Source: Candidatus Aenigmatarchaeota archaeon
GTDB lineage: Archaea > Aenigmatarchaeota > Aenigmatarchaeia > CG10238-14 > SCSR01
Direction: 5' to 3'
Assembly: GCA_044343505.1 (NCBI GenBank)
Contig: JAWCDI010000001.1
Span: 1-46,932 of the forward strand
Length of the DNA: 46,932 nucleotides
Position 1 is the first letter of the stretch, and each line of letters begins with the position of its first letter. The notes below the pieces were generated by a model, which made no database searches, was not told the origin of the DNA, and was given only the letters and a program-made list of their open reading frames with translations. A program made the translations under genes and the position numbers. Shown here piece by piece: positions 1 to 9,304 of the stretch.

Positions 1-777
1 AAAATTGGATTGAAGACGAAGTTCATAGGACGTCTGGGTTACGATTTCATTTCCAACTTCTTGATAAAAGAAATTCGAAGCATTGGTGTTGAAAGTAGGA
101 TAAGAAGAGTTGAAGGTGAAAGAGCAGGTATAACAATTTCGTTAAACTTTGAAGATACGAAAAGGGCTATGATAAGTTTTGTTGGAAGTAATGCAAATCT
201 CTGTAGAGAAGATTTTGAGTTGGATGAAATAGAAGGTGAAGTTCTACATATAGGTGGTTTTAATTTACTGGATAATTTGAGGAAAGATGTTTTCGAGATC
301 TTCAAATATGCTAGGAAGAAGGGGATGAAAACAAGTTTAGATCCGAACTGGGATCCCAAAGGGTGGAGTAAAGAAAGGGTTAAAGATCTGGAAAAAGTGC
401 TACGTTTGACCAACTTTTTCTTTCCAGATTACGAAGAAGGTAAGGCCATGAGCAAAGTTGAAGATCCGGAGAGAATTGTCAAGAAGCTACTTGAAAAAGG
501 GCCTGAAGTAGTTGCGCTGAAATGTGGGAAAAAAGGATGTTTTGTTGGTAGGTATAAAGAAATTTTACATGAAAAAGCTTTTAAAGTCAAAGCTTTACAA
601 ACAACCGGAGCTGGTGATTGTTTCAACGCTGGTTTTTTGAGGGCATACCTTTCAGGATTTACACTAGAAGAATGTGCAAGATTTGCGAATGCTTGTGGAG
701 CTTTGTATACCACGAATTTCGGTAGAGAAAGGTTTGTTAGTGAAAATGTGGTCAAAGGATTTTTGAAGAGCTTTTAA
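1..777 (+). CDS. PfkB-family carbohydrate kinase, 5' end truncated by the window edge
   Basis: The frame is open from nt 1 (KIGLKTKFIGRLGYD...), so the TTG at 10 is not the real start. A C-terminal TTGAGDCFNAGF motif followed by ANACGA is typical of the ribokinase/PfkB superfamily. Confidence 0.85.
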   Translation, partial: KIGLKTKFIGRLGYDFISNFLIKEIRSIGVESRIRRVEGERAGITISLNFEDTKRAMISFVGSNANLCREDFELDEIEGEVLHIGGFNLLDNLRKDVFEIFKYARKKGMKTSLDPNWDPKGWSKERVKDLEKVLRLTNFFFPDYEEGKAMSKVEDPERIVKKLLEKGPEVVALKCGKKGCFVGRYKEILHEKAFKVKALQTTGAGDCFNAGFLRAYLSGFTLEECARFANACGALYTTNFGRERFVSENVVKGFLKSF

Positions 778-782
778 TCAAA

Positions 783-1004
783 CTACTTTATCACCCTTTT
801 TCCCTGTTCCCAACTCTCCCATTCAAGTTTACACTCCCTACACTTCAAAACGTTGAAACCCTTTTCATAACTTGCATATCCACTACACGTATCACTTTTC
901 GCATGGGTGAATTGGTCGAGTATGGTTGCGTGCTCATGGCAAACAGCTCTTCCACATACTATGCATACACCTCGTGCATCTCTATCACAAAACCAACATT
1001 TCAT
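783..1004 (-). CDS. Small cysteine-rich (zinc-binding) protein, DUF2180-like
   Basis: 73 aa with an ATG start. It has CxxC...CxxC...CxxH and a C-terminal CxxC (MKCWFCDRDARGVCIVCGRAVCHEH...CRECK). It is packed between two metabolic genes. Confidence 0.6.
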   Translation of the reverse strand: MKCWFCDRDARGVCIVCGRAVCHEHATILDQFTHAKSDTCSGYASYEKGFNVLKCRECKLEWESWEQGKRVIK

Positions 1005-1008
1005 GAAA

Positions 1009-2181
1009 TCACCTCACTATTTCGTTATAAACGTTCAAAAGTTGTTCGGCAGCTTTATTCCATGTGAAAGTGTTTTCAGCGGCATATCTTCCGTTCTTTC
1101 CCATCCATCTAGCATGTTCAGGATTTCTCAATATCTCCTTTATCCCCCAAGCGATCGAATTAGGTGCTTGATAAACTCTGTAGCCTGTGACATCATGCCA
1201 CACCAATTCACCTGCTCCTGTACCGTGGGTAGCTATTACAGGCTTGTAACAAGCCCAAGCCTCTAAAACAACTATACCGAAAGGTTCATTCCTGCTAGGT
1301 ACTACTATACACTCAGAAGCTTTCATTATTTTCGTCTTCCATTCATCAGGCACGTATCCGGTAAATCTAACAGCATGCCAAACACCGAGCTCCCTTACCC
1401 TGTTCTCAAGTTGAGATTTCATGTAGCCATCACCTACGAAAACAAATTTAGCGTTTGGAAAATCTTTGAGCACGTCGGGAATACTTTCAACCAGCATATC
1501 AGGACCTTTCTGCACGGTCATCCTTCCAACAAAAGTTATCATCGGGTCGTAGACACCAATTCCAAGATATTGTTTCACATCTTTCCAAGCATCTACAAAA
1601 CCGTCGAAATTTTTTGCCCAAATTCCATTGGGTATAACCCTTATCTTGTCCTCTGGGACACGGTAAATCCTTTTCACCTCTTCTTTCATAACGTTAGAAC
1701 AAACTGTAACCCTTTCTGCTATGTAAGTACCGTACCATTCTAAATTCGTTATATCTTTTGCAACACCATCGTGGAAATGGTTCCCATCTCTTCCAAACTG
1801 GGTTGAATGAATTGTGAACACAACCCTTTTATTCCTCGCTTTTTTTATTTCGTCTAAAGCGTTAACCACGTGCCAATCATGTCCATGGATCACATCGAAA
1901 TGACCGGAAACGTTTTCAGTTTCGAAGAAATGATGAGCCATAGATTTACACATGTTGTTCGTCATTTCATAAAAGAAATTTGGGGAAAAATTGAAAGGAC
2001 ATCTATGGTAGTGTACACCATCTATAACTTCATAAACTTTTTGATTCGGTCCTATCCTCGTGAAGACATGAACTTCATTTCCTTTCCTCTCCAGAGCTGC
2101 TGCCAATTCCGTAACAGCAACACCCAAACCACCGACAGGAATTGAATGTAATGATTCCCAACAAAAAAACCCTATCCTCAT
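1009..2181 (-). CDS. Glycogen/starch-synthase-like GT-B glycosyltransferase
   Basis: The N-terminus (MRIGFFCWESLHSIPVGGLGVAVTELAAAL) resembles the glycogen synthase KxGGL-type region. The C-terminus (PSRNEPFGIVVLEAWA) is a GT-B retaining transferase motif. It lies in a glycogen-gene context. Confidence 0.8.
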   Translation of the reverse strand: MRIGFFCWESLHSIPVGGLGVAVTELAAALERKGNEVHVFTRIGPNQKVYEVIDGVHYHRCPFNFSPNFFYEMTNNMCKSMAHHFFETENVSGHFDVIHGHDWHVVNALDEIKKARNKRVVFTIHSTQFGRDGNHFHDGVAKDITNLEWYGTYIAERVTVCSNVMKEEVKRIYRVPEDKIRVIPNGIWAKNFDGFVDAWKDVKQYLGIGVYDPMITFVGRMTVQKGPDMLVESIPDVLKDFPNAKFVFVGDGYMKSQLENRVRELGVWHAVRFTGYVPDEWKTKIMKASECIVVPSRNEPFGIVVLEAWACYKPVIATHGTGAGELVWHDVTGYRVYQAPNSIAWGIKEILRNPEHARWMGKNGRYAAENTFTWNKAAEQLLNVYNEIVR

Positions 2182-2280
2182 ATCAACACCATAGCTATTT
2201 AAATTTTCTTCCTACTTGTTTATAAATTTATTATTTTTTAGAAAAATTTTTTCTATCGGGGCTAAATTTTTAAATTCATC

Positions 2281-3501
2281 TCACTTCATTTTTTCTTCCA
2301 CGTAATGAGCAAATCTCTTTCCTTGTTCAAACCAGTAATCTATCCCCCAATAAACGTAACAACTCGTTTCAGCAACTAAAAACCATTTTTTAACCTTTAA
2401 TTTCAATTCAGGATCGAGTTGATGGAATTTTCTACTCAGCTCGAAGATTTTTTTAACAGCTTCCAGTCTTCTCGATCCACCCATCCAACTCTCATGTCCA
2501 TTCAACCAAGAAGCCCCCAAATCTTTTAACTTCACCTCTTCTTTAACATCTTTCCCTCCATCGTAGAATTTTTCAAGAAATTCCGTGACTGTGAGAGAAT
2601 AAACTCCTTTACCAATTTTTTCTTTGAAGAATGGTAAGTAAGTTTTCGGAAAGAATTCATTCATCATTACGTTACCATTTTCTCCATCGCTTGCAGTCAC
2701 TATCAATGCTGGTTTTTCTTTTTCAGAAAAAATCCTCTTTACTTCTAAACACTTTTCGTAAAGTAAATCTGATTCACAACCTGCTTGTTGATCTATGAAA
2801 TAAGTAGGTACTCTGAATATCGCTATAATTTCTTCGTCACCAGCTCTTAACTTATGAGGTTTACAAACCATCTCGATAATTTTTTTGTAGGGCAATTTCT
2901 CGTATTTTTCAACGCTCTGTACCGGTAATATAATCCATTCATAATATTCTTTCAAACATTTTATCAATTCTCTCAAATCTTCTTCCCTTCCAGGTACTCC
3001 CATTTCTGGAAGCCAAAATCCTTTGACTTTTTTCAATTCATTCATTCCGAAAATTTTTTCGAAAATCTCTCTCCAACTTTCTACTTGAATTTTCCAATCT
3101 TCTTTTGGGGTAGAGGGAAAATAACAATGTGAGTAAGCTGTACCAGCAAATTCCACACATCCTGGAAATTCTTTCAAAACTCTTTTGTAGGCTTGAATTA
3201 TACTCCCTACATTCTCACCATCTATTGTTATCTCATCCAACACTTTCTTTTCCTCAAGTTCTAATAGCGATTCCAAAAGCACACCGGAAAAATCCAGCAT
3301 TATTTTAGGCTTAAACCCTTCCCTTGCAAGGATGGATATAAACTTAGCAGGATTTTTGTAAGCTCTTAACATGAGTTTTACATCCCATTTTTCCCTTGTA
3401 TCTTTCGACTTCAACATTTTTTCAAGGTTCGACACTATTCTATCATCAACCCAAACCAAAGGTTGATGCATGTGCAGCCAGGGAACGTAGAAAACATCCA
3501 T
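2281..3501 (-). CDS. Glycoside hydrolase family 57 protein, specificity unknown
   Basis: GH57-like conserved regions are present: HMHQP near the N-terminus, FWLPEMG (candidate nucleophile Glu) and TASDGENGN (candidate acid/base Asp). Confidence 0.7.
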   Translation of the reverse strand: MDVFYVPWLHMHQPLVWVDDRIVSNLEKMLKSKDTREKWDVKLMLRAYKNPAKFISILAREGFKPKIMLDFSGVLLESLLELEEKKVLDEITIDGENVGSIIQAYKRVLKEFPGCVEFAGTAYSHCYFPSTPKEDWKIQVESWREIFEKIFGMNELKKVKGFWLPEMGVPGREEDLRELIKCLKEYYEWIILPVQSVEKYEKLPYKKIIEMVCKPHKLRAGDEEIIAIFRVPTYFIDQQAGCESDLLYEKCLEVKRIFSEKEKPALIVTASDGENGNVMMNEFFPKTYLPFFKEKIGKGVYSLTVTEFLEKFYDGGKDVKEEVKLKDLGASWLNGHESWMGGSRRLEAVKKIFELSRKFHQLDPELKLKVKKWFLVAETSCYVYWGIDYWFEQGKRFAHYVEEKMK

Positions 3502-3531
3502 AATTTTATTTAGAAATTGGAATAATTTTAT

Positions 3532-4278
3532 ATGGAATTCGGTTTTAAAATTGAAGGATCTGGAAAAAATTTAAGGTTGAGATTTGATCTTGAAGTTGAA
3601 AGTAACGTGAGGAAGTTATCCGAGCTCGTAAATGATGAAGTTATACTCGATGTAGATAATGCTAGGAAATTGTTGAGGGAAAAAGGTGATATCACAATTT
3701 ATGAAGTATTCAACTTATGGAAGTTCAATAAAGATGCTGAAAGGTTTTTGAAAAAATATGGATTGATGATTGACATAACTTTTTTGAAGAGTGGTGTTTT
3801 TTCAACGAAGAAGAACGGTGAAGCATTCTGTACTTATGGCCATATCCATGAAGAAAATTTGGGTGAAGTGTACAAAGTTTTGAAGAATTATTGTTATCTC
3901 TTGTTGTCAAACAAACGAAATTTCAAGAGCTATTTGGTAAAGTTGAAGGAAGGTTACTCTTTCTTCATCCATCCTTCTTACATGCACAGGCTAATTTCAG
4001 GGAATAAAGATTGTGTTGTTTTGAATTTTGTACCTGAAGATGCCGGTCATGATTATGATGTGGTAAAGAAAAAAGGCTTCCCTTTCCATGTTTTTCATGA
4101 AAATGGAAAGCTCGTGTTCAAAGAGAATAAGAAATATCCCGAAACTTCTCTGGTGCTTATAGAAGATATGAAAAAATTTGATGTTGTGGAGATAGCTGAA
4201 AAAAAGCCATCCCGCTTGAGGAAAATTTTAAGGAGTCCAAACGATATGCGAAAATTTCTTCAAGATTATTCGTTTTAA
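3532..4278 (+). CDS. pgiA: Cupin-type glucose-6-phosphate isomerase (archaeal cPGI-like)
   Basis: TYGHIHEENLGEVYKVL and PEDAGHDYDVVKKKGF match the metal-binding cupin motifs of Thermococcales-type PGI (TxGHxH...EVY, PADAGHDY...KGF). It is longer than the roughly 190-aa classical enzymes. Confidence 0.7.
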   Translation: MEFGFKIEGSGKNLRLRFDLEVESNVRKLSELVNDEVILDVDNARKLLREKGDITIYEVFNLWKFNKDAERFLKKYGLMIDITFLKSGVFSTKKNGEAFCTYGHIHEENLGEVYKVLKNYCYLLLSNKRNFKSYLVKLKEGYSFFIHPSYMHRLISGNKDCVVLNFVPEDAGHDYDVVKKKGFPFHVFHENGKLVFKENKKYPETSLVLIEDMKKFDVVEIAEKKPSRLRKILRSPNDMRKFLQDYSF

Positions 4279-4282
4279 TCGA

Positions 4283-6250
4283 TCAAATCTTCGGAATTTT
4301 AACGATTTTGTAATTTTTTCCAGCCCTACTCTTCAAATCAACTTTCAAATCATTTCCATTTCTTTCGATTTTCATCTCAACTATATCATTTCCAATCCTT
4401 TTCTTCCTGATAACTTTCATACCATCCAACATCGAAGGTGAAATGAATATTTTTTTGTCAAGTGCATCGATTTTTATTCCAAGCATAAACTCATCGATGC
4501 ATCTAACGATAGAAGCGAAACCCCAAGCTTGGAAAAAGCCAGCCGGTTCGTAAAAATGTTCCTTCAAGAGAATAGAATTTCCGTTTTCAGAATCCCAAGC
4601 TTCGTCAAGAGAATCCAAACAATTCTTATCGAACATTTTGTTCAATATTTCCAGGTATTTCAAACCTTTTTCAGGTCTTGCGTACTCGAATTCGATACAA
4701 GCAACTAAGCCGGTTATCCAACTCCAAACACTACCTTTATGGTAGGCTGAAGAGTTGAACTCTGGATCTTCTTTAGACAAGCTTCTCACACCGAACGATG
4801 AAGTGAACTCATCACTCTCTATTTTTTCCAAAACTTTCAAAGGATTTCTCGATACTTTGAAAAGAAGGGGAAATATGGCGTTAACAGTTCTTTTTTCATC
4901 TTTGAATTTCCACTTTATCCTATCGAAGTAGAATTTACGATCAGGATTCCAAAATTCTTCAATCTTTTCTTCCACTTCTTTTATCTCGGATAAATCTATT
5001 ATATCTTCGTTAAAGATGTTACAAAGTTTTCTCAAGGAAAGAAGGGAAGCATACCATATCGCTTGCACTTCCAAAGGTTTACCATCTCTATCCAGAGTGT
5101 CCATCCATGTAGATCTCTTATCAGCTTCTAGAAGACCGTTTTCACTCTTACTGAAGCACCATCCAACAGCTCTCAACAAATTCTTCTTGCTGTTCTTCAA
5201 GAAATCCACATCCCCCGAATTTTCCACGTAATATGTTAAAGCTATTATCCAAAGAGGTGTGGCATCTATAGAGCCAAAGCTGGTTTTTCCGTCGAGTGAA
5301 ATGAAATTCGGAATTTCTCCATCATTCGATTGAAACTTCATCAAGGTTTCCAAGCATTTCTTGGCATCCTCGAAATTGCCGTAATCAACTATAGCAGGAA
5401 TACACCAACCCAAATCCCTGCCCCAAAATTGTGTGAACCAAGGAAGTCCAGCTACATAACCAAATCCCACATCAGATTCAACTTTCAATTTTTCCAAACC
5501 AACGACACTTCTCTTGAACAGTTCATTCAACCAATTAACATTACTCTTGAAGAAAGAAGCTGGTGGTAAACTTCTTTTCTTACCTTCTATCGAAGACCTA
5601 GCTAAACCTAGGTTGAGAACAGCTTCGTTTTCATTTTTTCCACAAGCCAAGATCATCAGAATTTCCTCTTCCGTTCTTCCGATTTTAATTTTTAATGAAA
5701 TTTTTCCAGGGATGTAACATCTCTGTAGTTCTCCTGGAAAATGATCCTTGTAAATTTCTTGCCCGCTAACATCAAAAGGTCTTGAAAACCAGAGAGCCAC
5801 ACAACCTTTCTCAGAAGTTACGAATAACATGTTGTCATGTTTCCTCGACCAATACTTCCTATCATGCCAATTTTCCTCCCTATCCCTTATATTCACACCA
5901 ATCTCAGCAAAAATGTTCATTTCTTTTTCTTCCTCACCCTTGAATTTAAGAAAACACTTGAGAGCTTTTGCTTCTTCTGGTACAAAAACTGTTTCGCTAA
6001 CTTTGATCCCATTCAAGGAATAAAAATGGGTGAAAGTTGAGCCATCATAATTCATCTCATAACAATTCATCGGGGAAAGCCATTCTTCATCAACCTTGAA
6101 AGCGAAGTAATCTAAGAATTTTTTTGATCCAGACCAAAATCCAGTCCACTTGGTTCTGAATCCAGAATCACAAAATCTGTGAAAAAAAGCTTTTTTCCCC
6201 GAGAGGATATAGCACTTGTTTGCAAATTTTTCAACTTTCAATTTTTTCAT
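4283..6250 (-). CDS. Glycogen debranching enzyme (archaeal amylo-alpha-1,6-glucosidase, GDE_C type)
   Basis: About 655 aa with (alpha/alpha)6-barrel-type motifs (GLPWFTQFWGRD, DATPLWI, SVWSWITG). The start is set at ATG 6250 (MKKLKVEKF). The longer track ORF to 6319 would overlap the divergent gene and its TATA boxes. Confidence 0.8.
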   Translation of the reverse strand: MKKLKVEKFANKCYILSGKKAFFHRFCDSGFRTKWTGFWSGSKKFLDYFAFKVDEEWLSPMNCYEMNYDGSTFTHFYSLNGIKVSETVFVPEEAKALKCFLKFKGEEEKEMNIFAEIGVNIRDREENWHDRKYWSRKHDNMLFVTSEKGCVALWFSRPFDVSGQEIYKDHFPGELQRCYIPGKISLKIKIGRTEEEILMILACGKNENEAVLNLGLARSSIEGKKRSLPPASFFKSNVNWLNELFKRSVVGLEKLKVESDVGFGYVAGLPWFTQFWGRDLGWCIPAIVDYGNFEDAKKCLETLMKFQSNDGEIPNFISLDGKTSFGSIDATPLWIIALTYYVENSGDVDFLKNSKKNLLRAVGWCFSKSENGLLEADKRSTWMDTLDRDGKPLEVQAIWYASLLSLRKLCNIFNEDIIDLSEIKEVEEKIEEFWNPDRKFYFDRIKWKFKDEKRTVNAIFPLLFKVSRNPLKVLEKIESDEFTSSFGVRSLSKEDPEFNSSAYHKGSVWSWITGLVACIEFEYARPEKGLKYLEILNKMFDKNCLDSLDEAWDSENGNSILLKEHFYEPAGFFQAWGFASIVRCIDEFMLGIKIDALDKKIFISPSMLDGMKVIRKKRIGNDIVEMKIERNGNDLKVDLKSRAGKNYKIVKIPKI

Positions 6251-6286
6251 TAAATTTATATAGGGTATAAAAAAATAATATAAACT
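6251..6286. promoter_or_regulatory. Divergent promoter region with two TATA-like boxes
   Basis: TTTATATA at 6255-6262 lies about 25 nt upstream of ATG 6287. An A/T box at about 6275-6283 on the other strand lies about 25-33 nt upstream of ATG 6250. This spacing implies very short or absent leaders. Confidence 0.4.
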
Positions 6287-7522
6287 ATGGTTTTCATAAC
6301 TTTCAATTTTCAAGTACATCAGCCTTTCAGACTATCACACTTTCACTCCGATGGTTTATCTCAAGATGTGAGCAGTTATTTCAACTTTGGTTTGAACAAA
6401 ATGGTTTTCGAGAAAGTTAGGGACAGATGCTACTTACCCGCTACCAACATTTTACTAGAGCTCATGGATAAATTTAAACATGAGAAAAGGAAGTTCAAAG
6501 TGAGCTTTGCGATGAGTGGAATATTTCTGGAATTTTGTGAGAAATATGGGAAAGATGTGTTGGAAAATTTCAAACAACTCATCAAAACGAAAAATGTGGA
6601 GCTGATAGGAGAGACTTACTTCCATTCATTGGCAAGTCTTTTCGAAACGAAAGAAGAGTTTGTAGAGCAAGTAAGATTGCACACGCAAGCTATGAAAGAT
6701 TATTTCAACTTCAAGCCAAGGGTTTTTGTTAATACCGAAATGATTTACAACAATGTCATAGGAAGGATAGTAGAAGATCTTGGTTTCAAAGCTATATTCA
6801 CGGAAGGTGCAGAGAGGATTTTGGGTTGGAGATCTCCTAATTACGTTTACGTGAGAAAATACTGTTTTCCTGATGATAAGAACTGGAACGAGAGGATAAG
6901 GATTTTACTCAGAAATTACAGGCTGAGTGACGATATCGGCTATAGATTTTCAGCTATGAACTGGGACCAATGGCCTTTGACAGCAGACAAATACGCGGCT
7001 TGGCTAAACGCAACTCCAGGACAATGTATAAACTTGTTCATGGATTTTGAAACTTTTGGTGAGCACCAGTGGGCAGAATCCGGTATATTCTGGTTTTTAA
7101 AATCTTTACCTTTTGAGATATTAAAGTACGATAACCTTGAATTTGCAACACCAAGTGAAGTGATAGAAGTACTTGAGCCTGTTGGCGAAATAGACGTTTT
7201 CGAATTTTCCACAGTTTCTTGGGCTGACATGGAAAGAGATGTTTCGGCATGGCTGGGTAACAAGATGCAACAAGTATGTTTCGAAGAAATAAAGAATTTG
7301 GGGAACTTTTTGAAAAATTTGGAAGATGGTGAGTTGAAAAGGGTTTGGAGATTGTTACAAACAAGCGATCATTACCACCACATGTGCAACAAGATGTGGT
7401 CTGATGGCGACGTTCACAAATATTTCAGTTATTTCAACACACCAGAAGAGGGTTTTGCCAATTTCATGAAGATCTTGAGCGATTTGAAAGCTAAAATCTT
7501 CATGAGATTAGGAAAAATTTAA
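6287..7522 (+). CDS. GH57 alpha-amylase-like glycoside hydrolase
   Basis: It has FQVHQPFR at the N-terminus, NTEMIY, and FMDFETFGEH (the GH57 catalytic region). Confidence 0.8.
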   Translation: MVFITFNFQVHQPFRLSHFHSDGLSQDVSSYFNFGLNKMVFEKVRDRCYLPATNILLELMDKFKHEKRKFKVSFAMSGIFLEFCEKYGKDVLENFKQLIKTKNVELIGETYFHSLASLFETKEEFVEQVRLHTQAMKDYFNFKPRVFVNTEMIYNNVIGRIVEDLGFKAIFTEGAERILGWRSPNYVYVRKYCFPDDKNWNERIRILLRNYRLSDDIGYRFSAMNWDQWPLTADKYAAWLNATPGQCINLFMDFETFGEHQWAESGIFWFLKSLPFEILKYDNLEFATPSEVIEVLEPVGEIDVFEFSTVSWADMERDVSAWLGNKMQQVCFEEIKNLGNFLKNLEDGELKRVWRLLQTSDHYHHMCNKMWSDGDVHKYFSYFNTPEEGFANFMKILSDLKAKIFMRLGKI

Positions 7523-8361
7523 CTGGCTATTTTTTTCAATTCATTCAACCTTCTCAAACATTCAACTCTCAAGAATTCCCTTTTTCCAATTCCAGGTTTG
7601 AAATAATCTTGCCAAAGAGCTCTTCCAACCATGAAACCGGAAGCCCCACAATTTATCGATATCTTTAGCTGTTCTTTGAATTCTTCAAAATCAACGCCTC
7701 TGCTCAATAAAACCCATGGAACTTCGCTACTCTCAGTTATTTTCTCACACCTCTTTTCAAGTATTTCTCTATTTTCCCCAATTTTACCAGGAAACTCAAC
7801 TTTCAACAATTGAATTCCAAGCCTAGATATTTGTTTAACAGATTTAATTATCAGTTCCGATTTCTCTTCTTCAAAATTTTTTTCATCCAGTGGATAAACA
7901 AGGAATTCACATATCAAAGGCAATCCAACATCTTCACACTCTCTTGCAACTTCTTTCACCAATTCTTTTTGTTTTTTGGCTGTTTTGGCTTTTGGGTTGA
8001 AGTAGATTAATAGTTTAGCAGCATCCGCCCCGAGTTTTACAGCTTCACGTGGTCCAAATCCTTTTATCAATTTAGTTAGTCTACCATATTCCCCATCTTC
8101 ATAACCACTTTCTTCTAAAGCAAGGATAAGCCCACATTTCCTTTTCACAACTCTAATCGCAGGTTTTCCATAAATTGGATCTAACAATATTCCAGAAGCT
8201 TCTTCACAAAAGATTTTAGCCAATCTTAATTTCACGATTTCCATATCTTTTCTAGTAACAGCTTCAGGATTTTCAGGCTTTATCATTCTTCTCAAAGATT
8301 CTCTGTGGTCTAGTGCGACTATATGGAAAAACCCGTTTGAGCACAGTTTATCTAATACCAC
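7519..8361 (-). CDS. Class I aldolase of the LacD (tagatose/fructose-1,6-bisphosphate aldolase) family
   Basis: Block-wise similarity to LacD: ALDHRESLRRM (ALDQRGALKRM), ILLDPIYGKPA, GLILALEESGYE, AAKLLIYF, LPLICEFLVY, LLKVEFP, GFMVGRALW. GTG start overlaps the upstream pfkB stop. Confidence 0.8.
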   Translation of the reverse strand: MVLDKLCSNGFFHIVALDHRESLRRMIKPENPEAVTRKDMEIVKLRLAKIFCEEASGILLDPIYGKPAIRVVKRKCGLILALEESGYEDGEYGRLTKLIKGFGPREAVKLGADAAKLLIYFNPKAKTAKKQKELVKEVARECEDVGLPLICEFLVYPLDEKNFEEEKSELIIKSVKQISRLGIQLLKVEFPGKIGENREILEKRCEKITESSEVPWVLLSRGVDFEEFKEQLKISINCGASGFMVGRALWQDYFKPGIGKREFLRVECLRRLNELKKIAS

Positions 8362-9299
8362 TGAATCGCCTTCACGATAATTTCCTTTGAAACTTTTTTG
8401 TAGAATGAATAAACTTCATCTTTGAAAGGGAGACCAGTAGCACCTTCTCTTGTTACTTTCAACGCACCACAAGCATTCGCAAACTTAACACATTCTTCGA
8501 TATCATTTCCTTTCAAGAATTTGTGTAGAAAGCCTGCCGTGAAAGCATCTCCAGCACCTATAGTATCAACTACTTTCACTTTAACGGTGGAAACAGAAAA
8601 ATTACCATTCCTGGAAAAAACGAGAGTGTTTTCTTTCCCACACTTCACGATTATCGTCAACTTCTTCAATTTCTTCCTGAGAAAATTCAAAGCTTTTTTA
8701 AAATCCCAAATTTCGGCTATCCTCATTATCTCGACTTTGTTGACGATCAAAACATCGACATTCTTGAGTACTGGATAAAGTTTTTTAAAACCTTCTTGGG
8801 ATTTAGACCTACCAGGATCGAACGAAACAGTTTTATTCATTTTCTTACCAATTTTTGCTACATAGCTAAGTGTTTCCAAAGTAGTTCCACTCATGTGGAG
8901 ATGGGCCGAATCCTCTATAGCTTCTTTTGATATATCTGTTTTTAGAAGAGGTTCGTTAGCTCCAACCATTTCAAACATCAACGGTTCACCTCTTTTATCA
9001 ACTATTATCATACAAACACCTGTTGGTTTTTCTGTTGTTATTTTAACGTACTTTGACTCAACTCCGTACAATTTCAATTGTTCCAGAAGGTATTGACCAT
9101 GATCATCGTAACCTATCTTTCCTATTAAAGCCGGTTTCATTCCAAGCTTCGATAAATTGCAAGCTACATTTGTGGCAGAACCACCTATACTGTGAGTTAT
9201 GGTCCCTTTTACAAAACTCATCTTATCCGGCTTGGAGAATTCTTCAACGAAAGATCTTGTATCGTAAACTATATGACCAATACAAACAGCGTCGAACAT
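8352..9299 (-). CDS. PfkB-family sugar(-phosphate) kinase, candidate 6-phosphofructokinase
   Basis: It has GGSATNVA and DTIGAGDAFTAGF motifs followed by ANACGA. It sits between pgk and the aldolase in a single operon. Confidence 0.85.
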   Translation of the reverse strand: MFDAVCIGHIVYDTRSFVEEFSKPDKMSFVKGTITHSIGGSATNVACNLSKLGMKPALIGKIGYDDHGQYLLEQLKLYGVESKYVKITTEKPTGVCMIIVDKRGEPLMFEMVGANEPLLKTDISKEAIEDSAHLHMSGTTLETLSYVAKIGKKMNKTVSFDPGRSKSQEGFKKLYPVLKNVDVLIVNKVEIMRIAEIWDFKKALNFLRKKLKKLTIIVKCGKENTLVFSRNGNFSVSTVKVKVVDTIGAGDAFTAGFLHKFLKGNDIEECVKFANACGALKVTREGATGLPFKDEVYSFYKKVSKEIIVKAIQWY

Positions 9300-9304
9300 A
9301 ATAA

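Noticed and set aside
39-2145. Nested ORFs (39..413-, 429..755-, 907..1266+, 1375..1743+, 1870..2145+) and the many similar 60-125-aa ORFs inside larger genes throughout the window
   Set aside because: Each lies within and antisense to, or out of frame with, a gene that has strong family motifs. They have low-complexity composition and no independent start signals.
6251-6319. Upstream extension of the debranching-enzyme ORF (MYLKIESYENHSLYYFFIPYINL)
   Set aside because: It would overlap the divergent GH57 gene start and both TATA-like boxes. ATG 6250 gives a compact divergent promoter.
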